This document shows positions 19,478 through 29,711 of a stretch of DNA of 64,000 nt, piece after piece. Source of the stretch: an uncultured Poribacteria bacterium (GTDB lineage Bacteria > Poribacteria > WGA-4E > WGA-3G). Below the pieces are notes generated by a model. It was not told the origin of the DNA, made no database searches, and saw only the letters and a list, made by a program, of their open reading frames with translations. A program made the position numbers and the translations under genes. The stretch lies in contig CATQHZ020000001.1 in assembly GCA_958296135.2 (NCBI GenBank), forward strand, positions 4,896,001 through 4,960,000, read 5' to 3'. The first letter of the stretch is position 1, and every line of letters begins with the position of its first letter.

Positions 19478-20338
19478 TTACCGTTGCCGGATGAACTTTT
19501 GTAAGCGCGCATCCGCTTGGACTTCGCCGACGTAGATGTCGCCGCGCGAATCGCACCAGATGCCGTGCGGACAGGCGAGAAATTCGCCGGGGACGGTGCT
19601 ACCGCGCTCACTGCCCCATTGTGAGACTACCTCGCCATCCAGCGTCAGGATAGTGACACGCTGGTCCAATTCTGCGACGTAGATGAGCTCATCCTCGTCA
19701 ATATAGATAGTGTCGGGATGCAGAAGATTGCCCCACTCCTCAATGTATTCGCCATCCAGCGTGAAAAATTGGATGCGATTGTTCTCCCGGTCTGCCACCA
19801 TGAGCCGATTGCGCGGATCGACTCTGACGCAGTGCGGCAAGTCAAATTCGCCGGGGCCACTTCCCGGTTGCCCCCAAGACTTGATTAGTTCTCCCTCAGG
19901 GGAGTATTTATGAACGCGGGCGTTGCCGTAGCCATCGCAGATAAACATCTCGCCATCGGGGCCGAGAGCCAGATCGGTGGGCTGGTTGAAGGGTTCGCCT
20001 TCGGGGCCCGGTTTGTCGGGTGTGCCGAGCGTCATCAGCAGTTCGCCCTCTGTAGTGAACTTGCGCATGACATGGGTGTCGCGTTCTACGCAGTAGACGT
20101 AGTCTTCGGCATCAATGAAAATGCCGTGCGCGTCCTTGAGAATGTCCTCACCCCAAGAGGCAAGGAAATTGCCATCCCGGTCGAAGACTATCATCGGCCG
20201 TTCGCTGCGGCTGTAGACATAAACCCGGTCTTGCGAATCCACGGCAATAGCGGGGATCCAGCCAAATTCCCATCCTTCCGGCAGCGTCCACCAATTTTCT
20301 TGCACCGTGTACTGATGCGAGCCTTGTCCAAAAGTCAT
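19478..20338 (-). CDS. NHL-repeat protein (peptidyl-alpha-hydroxyglycine amidating lyase-like)
   Basis: Repeated FNQPTDLA, DGYGNARVHKY, GEFDLPH and VADRENNRIQ units; GGAGAG RBS before ATG 20338. Confidence 0.88.
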   Translation of the reverse strand: MTFGQGSHQYTVQENWWTLPEGWEFGWIPAIAVDSQDRVYVYSRSERPMIVFDRDGNFLASWGEDILKDAHGIFIDAEDYVYCVERDTHVMRKFTTEGELLMTLGTPDKPGPEGEPFNQPTDLALGPDGEMFICDGYGNARVHKYSPEGELIKSWGQPGSGPGEFDLPHCVRVDPRNRLMVADRENNRIQFFTLDGEYIEEWGNLLHPDTIYIDEDELIYVAELDQRVTILTLDGEVVSQWGSERGSTVPGEFLACPHGIWCDSRGDIYVGEVQADARLQKFIRQR

Positions 20339-20445
20339 GAGTTCTCTCCAATCAAAACGATTTGGGAACGATTTTAGCAGGTTTCCTGCAATTTCGCAAG
20401 CGAGATTTTCGTTGTTCGCAAGGCGTTGTGAAACCGGTGAGTGTA

Positions 20446-22113
20446 TCAGCATTCCCCTCTCAGTTGTGACACCGAACACCGATATGCCGCCTCTTCCTCC
20501 GACAAATCGGACGGCCGCTCCTGCACCACCGGAATCACATAACTCCGAATTTTGAATCCCTCTACTATCTCTGTCTCCGTGCGCGGCTCCGGATTCTCAC
20601 GATGGTCGAATACGACATAGTAGCCTTCCGATGCTTCTTCCAATTGGAGATAGGCAGCCAACTGTTTCTTGCCGCCCTGATACTCCCGTTCACTCCCCCA
20701 TATCTTGAACTCCACGATATACTTCCGGTCGCGGTGCAACACTACCAGATCCATCCGGCCCCGCCCTGTCGGCAGTTCTAGATACAGGTTCCCGCGCATC
20801 GTCCGCACGAACGTATCAAGATAAGTGGCAAGCAGATGTTGCCCAATTGATTCGCGCGGGAGGTCTGGTTCTTGGAGGATTCGGAACCCGATGCGCGCGA
20901 TGAAGTCGCGGAAGTTATCCAACAGCGGCTCCATGGCGAGATGTCCGTCTGCGGTGAGATAATCCGAGAACTGGATGCCGCTGTCTTCTGGGAAGTAGTC
21001 CCGCCGCAGCCCGTTAATCGCCGGTTGGAACGCTTGCATGATGCACACCTGATAAATCGGATTGACGCTCTCACATAAGTCCCCGGCCCCCCTCTTGATG
21101 ACACCGTAAGAGGTAAGTTCGCTCATGAGTTCATCGCGCGGATTGAAATCCACCCCTTTTTCCGAAGTGGCGATTTCCATGAGGACGCGTTCAAAGTGAG
21201 GATGCCTGCGGACATTGGTAGTCAGATGATGAAAGTTGACGTTTTGTTCCCGTAGGAGCGCGGTATGCGCCTTTGCAAAATGCGCAACGGTAATGGTTTC
21301 CGTTTTCGCGATATCCAGCTCCGCCGTGAGAATTTGCGCGAGGCGGTTGACGAGAAACGGCTGTCCCGCTGTCTGCCGATGCAACAACTCCATGACATCC
21401 GGTGCGAACGCTTGTCCTACCTCCTCGGTATACTGCCCGAAGAGTTCCTGCACTTGTGCCAGCGTGAAGTTTGACAAAGCGAACTCATCCTGAATATTGA
21501 ACGGCGAAATAGATCTGTCGTAATTCAGCTGCGTAATGCTTTTCACGCCGACGATGCCGACGCTGTAAGGACACCGCGCACGGGTGCTGTCTTCAAGGTA
21601 GATATCGCGAAGGGTGTATAGAAAATCGCTCAAGACGGTTTGCGGGATGCCGTCAAATTCGTCAATCACGAGCACCACCTGCCGCGCATCCAGCACACTC
21701 GGCAACTCCCAAAAGAACTCGCGCAATGAAAACTGGTCTGTGAGCGTGGCATTCTCGAAAAATTGCGTTAAAGTGTCCGGTAGTACACGCTCCCATCGCT
21801 GAAAAACTCGCGTAATTGCCCGCCAAATGTCACGATGGAGAACCCGATAAAACGTCTCCGGAGTAGCGTTTCTGTAAGTCTGGAAACTCAACGCAAGCGG
21901 AAAATAGTCCGAGTCTTCGGTAGCGAGCAGCTCCAAGGCGCGGCGGAAGAACGTCGTCTTACCTGTCTGACGCGGCGCGAAGATGACGACATAACGTCCC
22001 TCTTCCACGCGGTGGATGAAATCGGCGAGCTCCTCCGTGCGCGCGACGACGTAGTTGCGTTCGAGTTTCACGGGCCCGCGGGTTTCAAAGGTTTTGGTTT
22101 GTCGATGCTCCAT
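20446..22113 (-). CDS. AAA-like ATPase with a C-terminal PD-(D/E)XK-type domain
   Basis: Walker A APRQTGKTT, Walker B VIDEFD, SPFNI and GRGRMDL...IVEFK. Confidence 0.85.
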   Translation of the reverse strand: MEHRQTKTFETRGPVKLERNYVVARTEELADFIHRVEEGRYVVIFAPRQTGKTTFFRRALELLATEDSDYFPLALSFQTYRNATPETFYRVLHRDIWRAITRVFQRWERVLPDTLTQFFENATLTDQFSLREFFWELPSVLDARQVVLVIDEFDGIPQTVLSDFLYTLRDIYLEDSTRARCPYSVGIVGVKSITQLNYDRSISPFNIQDEFALSNFTLAQVQELFGQYTEEVGQAFAPDVMELLHRQTAGQPFLVNRLAQILTAELDIAKTETITVAHFAKAHTALLREQNVNFHHLTTNVRRHPHFERVLMEIATSEKGVDFNPRDELMSELTSYGVIKRGAGDLCESVNPIYQVCIMQAFQPAINGLRRDYFPEDSGIQFSDYLTADGHLAMEPLLDNFRDFIARIGFRILQEPDLPRESIGQHLLATYLDTFVRTMRGNLYLELPTGRGRMDLVVLHRDRKYIVEFKIWGSEREYQGGKKQLAAYLQLEEASEGYYVVFDHRENPEPRTETEIVEGFKIRSYVIPVVQERPSDLSEEEAAYRCSVSQLRGEC

Positions 22114-22149
22114 AGTCAGTTCCTCCAGCGGAGCAGACAGAGACATCCG

Positions 22150-22336
22150 CTCATTGAAAAATCTCCTTTTATTGTGCGCGGGGTTGAGGCACTCGGATTG
22201 GAAACGTAATCTATCTCTCTCTGTCGGCGCGCGTGGTTCGCGCGGGGTTGTGTCAAAACGTTTGTTTTGACGGGTTTGTGTTTATGCGAGGGAGAGGGTT
22301 TTCTCTCTCCCTCGCGCGAGGGGAACAGGGACATCC
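22150..22336 (-). promoter_or_regulatory. Paralog-array spacer fused to a variant of the conserved structured leader
   Basis: GTCAAAACAAACGTTTTGACACAA, then CCCCGCGCG hairpin, AGATTACGTTTCCAATCC, hairpin remnant and AAAAGGAG. Confidence 0.7.
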
Positions 22337-23173
22337 CTATCTTTTCAGACGCGCAACGGCTTCCTTTATGCCCATGGCTATAGGGTACATAATCTCATCG
22401 TTTGCTTGCAGCGCCTCCAATTTCGGCAGGAGGATGTACTCTACAATGCCATCTAATTCCGCACGGTGCTGCGCCCCGATATGGCTTAAGACCTCAGAAG
22501 CTACACTCATGCCCATGCTGCCCAAGTTATCGGGAAATTGCGGCGATGGATCTTCTTCACCTTCACCCATATCGTCCAGATAGGGGATGAGATAGGGGAC
22601 AACGGGCGGCCCCATGGCGATGAGGGCTCTCTGGACATTGCCACTGAATATGTTCTCACCACACTGATATGCGATGAGGGTTTCGATGGACCGCGGGTCG
22701 CGGAGATCGGCGAGTGGGTCTAGCAGGCTGTAGATTTCTTCGGCGTGTGCCTCACCCTCAATCATATCGGGGGGTGGCATCAATTGCTGTATCAGCCCTG
22801 GGGTTCGGGGGTCAGCGGTGCCGCCCCAGGCGAATCGGTTGTCGGCGATGTCGTCAAGTTTGGCCCAGGCTTTGGCGACGGGGTCGTCTGCATCGAGTTC
22901 GTCGAGGTTGCCGGGTTTGACGAGTGCTGGCAGTTCAATATGTTGTTGCCAGTCGACGCTGGGTATCAGGTCGCCGGTGTCGTCATGTGCATCGTCGGCG
23001 GCGGGTTTCCAGTCACCGTCGGGTTTCCCGTGGCCGCCGGGTTGTTCGTCGGCGGGTGGTGGCACGGGGAGTGCTGCGTCAAAGCGCTGCTTCTGCCATT
23101 CGGCGTAGAAGTAGATGGCGAGGCAGAACGCGAGTAGGAGGCATAAGCTGCTGATGAGGGTTTTGGCGTTCAT
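22337..23173 (-). CDS. Membrane-anchored HEAT-like paralog P1 (locus A)
   Basis: N-terminal TM plus YFYAEWQKxxFDAALP; HEAT/PBS-like LRDPRSIETL...ALIAMGPPVVPYLIPYL; AGGAG RBS. Confidence 0.85.
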   Translation of the reverse strand: MNAKTLISSLCLLLAFCLAIYFYAEWQKQRFDAALPVPPPADEQPGGHGKPDGDWKPAADDAHDDTGDLIPSVDWQQHIELPALVKPGNLDELDADDPVAKAWAKLDDIADNRFAWGGTADPRTPGLIQQLMPPPDMIEGEAHAEEIYSLLDPLADLRDPRSIETLIAYQCGENIFSGNVQRALIAMGPPVVPYLIPYLDDMGEGEEDPSPQFPDNLGSMGMSVASEVLSHIGAQHRAELDGIVEYILLPKLEALQANDEIMYPIAMGIKEAVARLKR

Positions 23174-23342
23174 GAGGGTTCTCCTATTGGAAACGTTTTA
23201 TGGCAATCAAGTATCGAGACGCGGGAGTCTCTCCTACCGAAGGGGAGTCGAGACGCGGGAGTCTCTCCTACCGGGCCTCAAGACCTTTTGTCTCTCCTAC
23301 GGGACTCCGCTTCATCTCGGTTTCGACTCCCTAACAACCGCG

Positions 23343-26300
23343 CTACTTATTAACCAGCAGCTGATTAAACAGCGCGCGCGTCGTCTCTGTCCACTTGCCG
23401 TAATCCCTCGAAAACGCTGCATCCGCCGGATTCTCCTCGGTATGCGCATACCCGAGCCGCCGTGCCAACTGTTCTAACTCGGAACGATTCGTGGGTAAGG
23501 CTTCCAACGGCCGGTCATGCACAATCCGCAGCGCGTTCTCGACGCGCCTCAGGTATTGATATGCCTCGGACAATCCCTCTCGCTGTGTCGCTGTCAGCAC
23601 GCCGATGTCGTGCAATCTGTCGACTGCGAAGAGGGTGTTTTGCTCGCGGATCGAAACTGCGTCAGTTCCGTGGACGAGTTGAAGGGTTTGCACGGCGAAT
23701 TCAATGTCAACCAGGCCGCCGTATCCAGATTTGACATTCGGGGCGGGTGCCTTGGTTTGTCCGCGCCGTCTGCGGGGTGTTCTCGGTTTCCGTGTGGCTT
23801 GCGCCTCTTTCCGTTGGCGCGTTCGGACAATTTCGGCGATGCCTTCCGGTGTGAGCGGTGCGCCGTATGCAAACCCGTGTGCGATGTCCAAGAACCGCGC
23901 GCCCACACCCTCGGTGTCTCCCGCGACCGGTCTGGCGCGTGTCAATGCCTGACGTTCCCAGGTCTGCGCCGTGGTGTCGTAGTAGTGCTGGTACCCTTCC
24001 AACGGCAGTGCAATCGCGCCGCCCTTGCCGTGAGGCCGGAGCCTCAGGTCGAGTTCGTAGATACCCATCCCCTGATTTCCCGCGAGTTGCTTTACCAGCT
24101 CCAAGCCGAGGGCGGAGAAATAGTTCGCGTTCGGCGTGCCTTTCGTCGTTTCGCCATCTTCCGAGTAGACGAACATGATGTCCAAATCGGAGCTAAAGTT
24201 GAGCTCGCGGCCGCCAAATTTGCCGAGGGCGATAATCGCGAACGTCACCGGGTTGCCATCGGGATTGCGGGGTATGCCGTGCGCCTCGCGAATCTGCGCT
24301 TCTACCTGCCGGTAGAGAGCCTGTGTGACTGCTTCAGCCAGGTCGGAGAGCTCTGTCGTCGTCGTGGGGAGCGTGGCATTGCCGAGGATATTCCGCAAGG
24401 CGATGCGCCAGATTTCGTCGTTCTTATACCGTCGCAGCAAGGGCAGCATTTTTCCCTCTGGCGCGCTTTCCACAACCTTGAGTGCTTCCGCCTGTTTCTC
24501 CTCAAGCGTCTTGGCGCGTTCTACCAAGTCAGGCACCGTGAGCAGGTCGAAGAGTTCGGGGCTCCCGACGAGGAGCTCGGCAAGATAGAGGCTGGTGCCA
24601 CAGACACCGGTGAGTGTTTCCAGGGTTGAGGGTTTCTCCAAGAACATGGTGTAGTAACTACTGCGTGCGCCGACCTTATCGGCAAAGGCGGAGAGGTAGC
24701 GGAGCGCCATGTCCGGATTGGGTGAATCGCGCAAGATGTTGAGGAGCGTGGGTGCGAGTTTAAAGAAGGAACGCCGCACACTGGGTGAAAACTGGACACC
24801 ATCGCCGCCGTTCGCGAGTCTTTTCAGCAACCGCTGGGCCTCCTTCACACTCTCGAATCCGTAAGAACGGAGGAGTTCATCGAGTTGCTGCGTCTCGTCT
24901 TCCGCGAGCAACACCCCGATGTCCACGCCGGTTTCTTCATGCTGCAGTGCGGTGGCGGTTACCTCTTCAAAGATGGCGCGGACGCGTTCGGTGTGGGCAC
25001 GGTGCTGCCGCCGAAACGCTTCCAATTCATCGCCATCCCTGGTGCTACGATAGCCGGTGCGCCGAGCCAATTCACGCTCTTCTTCCTCCTTGTCGGGAAT
25101 GGAGTACCGCTGCTGGTCTGCCTCAATTTGGATGCGGTGTTCCACGGTGCGCAGGAACCGATACGCGGTTGCGAGTGCTTCTACATCGTCCGAGCTCAGC
25201 AACTGCGCCTCTTCCAACGCCGCAAGCGTCTTCAACGTATTCTGCGAGCACAGCGACTTGCGTCTCCCGCCGTGAATCATCTGGAGACACTGGACGGTAA
25301 ACTCAATATCCCGAATTGCACCGGGACCGAGTTTGACGTGTTTCTGCAGGTTACCCTTTTCACTCACGATGCGTTCTTCAATGCGCGCTTTCGTGCCACG
25401 AATATCCGCCTTAATTTCGCTCAAGGTCACGCCGTCTAAATAGCGTTGATAGACAAACGGTTGGATCATCCGGATGAACTCTTGCCCGAGGGTGTGGACA
25501 TCGCCAGCGACAGGCCGTGCCTTAATCAACGCCTGCCGCTCCCAGAGTTCACCCCAGCCTTCGTAATAACTCTCATAACTTTCCATGGAGCGGGCAATCA
25601 CGCCGGCACTGCTTTCGGGACGGAGGCGGATGTCAACGCGGAAGACGTATCCCTCAGACTTTATCTCGCTCATCGCCTTGATGATAAACTCGCACAACCG
25701 GGCGTAGTATTGATAATTCGGCGTGCCGGTGTCGGTGTAGCCATCGTCGGAATAGACGAAGAGTAGATCGATGTCGGAACTAAAGTTGAGTTCAGAACCG
25801 CCGAGTTTGCCCATGCCAACGACAACGAATTCGGCGGGTGCGGTGCCGTCTTCGTTCAGAGGTGTGCCGAACCTGGCTTTGAGCACGACATCGCGCCCGA
25901 GCTCATAACAGTGCTGTAACGTCGCTTCTGCGAGATTGCTCAACTCTAACGTGACGGTTTCAAGGCTTGCGATTTCGAGCAGGTCGCGTACGCCGATGCG
26001 GAGGCTTTCTAGGCGTTTATAGCGGCGCATCTCGTTGAGTTTACCGTCAAGCTCGGGCACTTCCGCAAGCAGTTCGCCGAGCTCATCGTAATAGAACTGC
26101 TGCGTTTTGGACACTTCCATGATACCGGGGTTCAGGATGTCAAAGAAGAATTCGGGGTTGCGGATGAGGATATCCGACAGGTAAGAGGAGGCACCGAGGC
26201 TCTGCAGCACGCGCCGCGTGAGCTCGGGGGTGTTGACTAAGAGTTCATAGAGCCACTTCTGGCTGAAGGCTGCTTCGGCGAAGCGTGAGAAGTGGTTCAG

Positions 26301-26528
26301 GGCTGCGATTGCCCTGGGTGAGTCGAGTGCCTGCACGAGCAGGGGTGTGGCGAGTTGCGCGAAGGCGGCTTGCGTGTCGGCATCGTCACCTGCAAGCACT
26401 TTTAACCGCCGGTCGAGGTCGGTTTGTTGCAGTCCTGCGCTTTCTGCGACCTCACGTGTGACTTGCGTGAGGCGGCTGCGTTGTTCTTCAGGCACGTGCG
26501 TGAGCCAGTTGGTTGTGATATTATTCAT
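23343..26528 (-). CDS. glnE: Bifunctional glutamine synthetase adenylyltransferase/deadenylyltransferase
   Basis: Two nucleotidyltransferase domains: GMGKLGGSELNFSSDIDL...VDIRLRP and ALGKFGGRELNFSSDLDI...LDLRLRP. Confidence 0.93.
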   Translation of the reverse strand: MNNITTNWLTHVPEEQRSRLTQVTREVAESAGLQQTDLDRRLKVLAGDDADTQAAFAQLATPLLVQALDSPRAIAALNHFSRFAEAAFSQKWLYELLVNTPELTRRVLQSLGASSYLSDILIRNPEFFFDILNPGIMEVSKTQQFYYDELGELLAEVPELDGKLNEMRRYKRLESLRIGVRDLLEIASLETVTLELSNLAEATLQHCYELGRDVVLKARFGTPLNEDGTAPAEFVVVGMGKLGGSELNFSSDIDLLFVYSDDGYTDTGTPNYQYYARLCEFIIKAMSEIKSEGYVFRVDIRLRPESSAGVIARSMESYESYYEGWGELWERQALIKARPVAGDVHTLGQEFIRMIQPFVYQRYLDGVTLSEIKADIRGTKARIEERIVSEKGNLQKHVKLGPGAIRDIEFTVQCLQMIHGGRRKSLCSQNTLKTLAALEEAQLLSSDDVEALATAYRFLRTVEHRIQIEADQQRYSIPDKEEEERELARRTGYRSTRDGDELEAFRRQHRAHTERVRAIFEEVTATALQHEETGVDIGVLLAEDETQQLDELLRSYGFESVKEAQRLLKRLANGGDGVQFSPSVRRSFFKLAPTLLNILRDSPNPDMALRYLSAFADKVGARSSYYTMFLEKPSTLETLTGVCGTSLYLAELLVGSPELFDLLTVPDLVERAKTLEEKQAEALKVVESAPEGKMLPLLRRYKNDEIWRIALRNILGNATLPTTTTELSDLAEAVTQALYRQVEAQIREAHGIPRNPDGNPVTFAIIALGKFGGRELNFSSDLDIMFVYSEDGETTKGTPNANYFSALGLELVKQLAGNQGMGIYELDLRLRPHGKGGAIALPLEGYQHYYDTTAQTWERQALTRARPVAGDTEGVGARFLDIAHGFAYGAPLTPEGIAEIVRTRQRKEAQATRKPRTPRRRRGQTKAPAPNVKSGYGGLVDIEFAVQTLQLVHGTDAVSIREQNTLFAVDRLHDIGVLTATQREGLSEAYQYLRRVENALRIVHDRPLEALPTNRSELEQLARRLGYAHTEENPADAAFSRDYGKWTETTRALFNQLLVNK

Positions 26529-26764
26529 GGTTTGCTCCTTTCCGTGCTGTGCGCGGTGGCGCGATTTTAACGATGCATGCATTGTCCTTTCGGGGTGCTG
26601 CTGGATTCCTGTTACACTAAGGTTTTCGCAAAGGTGCAGGACTCACTAACTTTTTTGCGATTTTTCTACAGCACCAACGAAGATGAGGGCCTTTCGACCC
26701 ATTTCTCGGGCGGCTTGCCAGTGTTGGTTTCGTGCCTCCGCGACAGATGGCAGGGTCACGAGCA

Positions 26765-26992
26765 CTAATGTCGGGCCTTCTGGAGAACCTGCCCTATCTG
26801 CTTTGTCAGCAGGCCGGCGCAAAAGCCGACGCAAAAAAGCAGATAGGCGAGGATTGCAATCACGAATGCGGTGACGATGAGACTTGTAACAACACGAGGT
26901 TCTTCAAAAATCTCAACGATACGCGGCAGTCTTGCGCAAAATGCAGCAGCCAAGTACACAAGATACTGGCGCTTCAGTTTAGAAATGAACAC
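26765..26992 (-). CDS. Possible small membrane protein downstream of the conserved leader
   Basis: 75-aa ORF with a hydrophobic segment directly after the leader motif; RBS is weak. Confidence 0.35.
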   Translation of the reverse strand: MFISKLKRQYLVYLAAAFCARLPRIVEIFEEPRVVTSLIVTAFVIAILAYLLFCVGFCAGLLTKQIGQVLQKARH

Positions 26993-26999
26993 AATATTT

Positions 27000-27120
27000 T
27001 TCCGTGCGCGCGTGATGTGCGCGGTTGGTAAACGTTATCTGAAGTCCGCGCGGGGTTGTGTCAAAATTCGTAGTTTTGACAATTATAACTGATTTTAACA
27101 CGAATTGATTTTTTTGTCAA
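27000..27120 (-). promoter_or_regulatory. Promoter plus conserved structured leader
   Basis: TTGACA-17-TAAAAT, then TGTCAAAA/TTTTGACA hairpin, AGATAACGTTTACCAACC and a GCGC hairpin. Confidence 0.7.
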
Positions 27121-27357
27121 GAATAATGCGCGTTAAAATATGCGATTCAGTTGGTAGCGGCGAGAGCCGGGTCCTCGTGCTACGGTTCGGGTTGATGATA
27201 CCGCAGGCATCAAGACGCGGGAGGGCGCGCCTACAAAGCATCGAGACCTTTTGTCTCTCCTACCTGTCTCAAGACTGGGAGGACTCTCCTACCGGATATG
27301 CTGCGATTGCATGGCGGGGGACGGGCCCCCGCCACGCGGGAGTGGCCGGGAGTGCCG

Positions 27358-28161
27358 TTATTGCTTCAGCCGGTCAATTTGTTCCTCCACGTCTTTCCTC
27401 ACATCTGACGAAGATGTGGTTGCGAGTATCTCCTCCAATTTCGGCAGGAGGATGTATTCGACGATGCCATCTAATTCCTCCCGGTGCCGCTTCCCGATAT
27501 TGGCTAAGAAACCCGAGGCTGTAATGAAGCCCAAAAAAGCCTCTCCCTCTCTGGGGGGCTCTTCCTCCAGGTAGGGGAGGAGATAGGGGATGGCGAGCGG
27601 CCCCATGGCGGAGACTGCGGGGCCCAGAGGTGCGTACGCCATGTCACTCCAACAGAGGTAAGCGACGAGGGTTTCGATGGCTCTCGGATCTCGGAGGCGG
27701 ATGAGATCGTCCAGCGGTAGGAGGATTTCTTCTGCGTGTCCGTCATCCTCGATTCCATCGGGTCTCGGCATGAGTTGCGCGATGAGCCCTGGGGTTCGGG
27801 GGTCTGCGGTGCCGCCCCAGGCGAAGGGGTTTTCAGCGAGGGAGTCAACTTTTGCCCAGGCCTTAGCGACAGGGTCGTCTGCATCAAGTTCGTCGAGGTT
27901 GCCGGGTTTGGCGGCTTCGTGCGGCTGGGTGTTCGGTGGTTTCCAGTCAACGCTGGGTATGAGTTCGGTCTCGCCGGTGTCGTCATGTGCATCGTCGGCG
28001 TGCCATTCACCGTCGTGCCAGTGGCCGCCGGGTTGTTCGTCGGCGGGTGGTGGCACGGGGAGTGCTGCGTCAAAGTGCTGCTTCTGCCATTCGGCGTAGA
28101 AGTAGATGGCGAGGCAGAGCGCGAGCAGGATACATAAGCTGCTGATGATTTTGGTTTTCAT
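27358..28161 (-). CDS. Membrane-anchored HEAT-like paralog P2 (locus B)
   Basis: Same architecture as P1; carries the GGHWHDGEWH allele; AGGAG RBS. Confidence 0.85.
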   Translation of the reverse strand: MKTKIISSLCILLALCLAIYFYAEWQKQHFDAALPVPPPADEQPGGHWHDGEWHADDAHDDTGETELIPSVDWKPPNTQPHEAAKPGNLDELDADDPVAKAWAKVDSLAENPFAWGGTADPRTPGLIAQLMPRPDGIEDDGHAEEILLPLDDLIRLRDPRAIETLVAYLCWSDMAYAPLGPAVSAMGPLAIPYLLPYLEEEPPREGEAFLGFITASGFLANIGKRHREELDGIVEYILLPKLEEILATTSSSDVRKDVEEQIDRLKQ

Positions 28162-28315
28162 TTCGGTTCTCCTTTGGAAACGTTTTATAGCAATCAAGTA
28201 TTGAGACGCAGGAGGGCTCTCCTACCGAACGCATCGAGACGCGGGAGGGCGCGCCTACAAAGCATCGAGACCAGGAGGTCTCTCCTACGGGGAGTCGAGA
28301 CTGGGCAGTGGTTGT

Positions 28316-28400
28316 TTCATCGCCCCGGTTGCGGGGAGATGAAGAGGTGTTGTTCGGTGAGCCCTAACGTGATGCGCCGGTCGTCTTTTTCGATATTCAA
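28316..28400 (-). pseudogene. 3' remnant of the gspC-like gene
   Basis: Encodes EKDDRRITLGLTEQHLFISPQP, matching the end of 40935-41417. Confidence 0.7.
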
Positions 28401-28511
28401 ACATTGCTAAAGATGTTCTTTGTTTTAGTCAGTCAGTCAGTCAGTCGGGGCCCCACGAGGGCAGGCTCTCGCGCTACGGACTCAGGGACGGTAGAAAAGG
28501 CAATAGCGTCT

Positions 28512-29711
28512 TCAATACTTCCCCCGAAACGTCACACTCATAACATGATGACGATAGTTGAGGAAATCCAGGACCGGGTCTGCCTCATTTGTGCGGTTTT
28601 GCGTGAACTGATATTCGGCGTTCAACGTGAGATATGAAAAGAATTGCCAATTCGCTTGTGCCAGCACGCCGAATTGTGTATCGCTGCGGTTCGGTGCGTT
28701 TTCTGGGCTCAGCCCTGTCTCATCCCGAATCTGTCTACCTTCAAAGCGCACCCACAGCCGAGAAAGCCGCAACCGAAACCATCGCGCGGTATCCACTCGA
28801 TAAAACGCGCTTAGGGCGGCTTCGGCACTGGCGAAATTGAAGAAGTTGACGTTGGAACGGTTGAGAAAGAGGTTGAATTCTTCCTGAAAAACGAGGTGCT
28901 CTGCTGCTACTTGTAGCACTTTTGCTGAACCGAAATGTCGCCAATCGCGTCGGCGTTCGTCGTCTGCAAGTCCGGTGACACCTAAAATAAGGTTATTCAA
29001 GTTAGTCTGGTAACTTCCGTATTCAAGTCCGTATTCGGTTTTGGCAAGCATCTGTCTTGGCAGGCTAAATTGCAGTCGGGCGGTGGCTTTGTGCCTGTTT
29101 GAGCCGATGAGGAGAAAGTCTTCTCGGAGGGAACTTTCATCGTCAAATCGGTGGATGCGCAGTTGATATTCTAGCACGCGCCCAAAGCGGATGCCGAGCT
29201 GCCGTTCGGTGTTGTTATAGACATCGGATGTGCGCGCGAGGCGTTGAAACTGATGCGAGGCGACGATGGGCGGCAATCCTTCCGCCGGGCGGAAGCTGAG
29301 CTCGGTTAAGAACGTGTCGGTGAACGCGTCGAATTCGTTGAGTTTTCCTTCGGCCCCGGTGTAGTTCTCTATCTGCGGCGCGTATTGCAGGTTGAGCCGA
29401 AACCTGTGGGCGATGGGCAATTCGCCGCGGAAGTTCATGCCGATGCGGCTGATGAGCCCTTCCAACTGCGGATTCTCTTGTCCGGCGAGGCTGCTGGTGT
29501 AAGGATCGACGCTCAAACCGAGTTCAATGTGATTGTTGAACGTGTTGGAGAGGTGGTAATCTATCGTGAGTTTTGCGGCATCCGATTCGGGAGCTTCCTG
29601 TTTTTTGGGGAGGAGGCTTTGGCCGAATTCGGGTTGGAATTGTGCGCGTGCCAAGAGGGGCGCGCCTATGATGAGCATGCATAGAGAAAAAAAGCGTGAT
29701 ATTTTTTTCAT
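28512..29711 (-). CDS. Putative outer-membrane beta-barrel protein
   Basis: Signal peptide, alternating beta-strand pattern and aromatic C-terminus; ATGA overlap with the upstream gene. Confidence 0.65.
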   Translation of the reverse strand: MKKISRFFSLCMLIIGAPLLARAQFQPEFGQSLLPKKQEAPESDAAKLTIDYHLSNTFNNHIELGLSVDPYTSSLAGQENPQLEGLISRIGMNFRGELPIAHRFRLNLQYAPQIENYTGAEGKLNEFDAFTDTFLTELSFRPAEGLPPIVASHQFQRLARTSDVYNNTERQLGIRFGRVLEYQLRIHRFDDESSLREDFLLIGSNRHKATARLQFSLPRQMLAKTEYGLEYGSYQTNLNNLILGVTGLADDERRRDWRHFGSAKVLQVAAEHLVFQEEFNLFLNRSNVNFFNFASAEAALSAFYRVDTARWFRLRLSRLWVRFEGRQIRDETGLSPENAPNRSDTQFGVLAQANWQFFSYLTLNAEYQFTQNRTNEADPVLDFLNYRHHVMSVTFRGKY

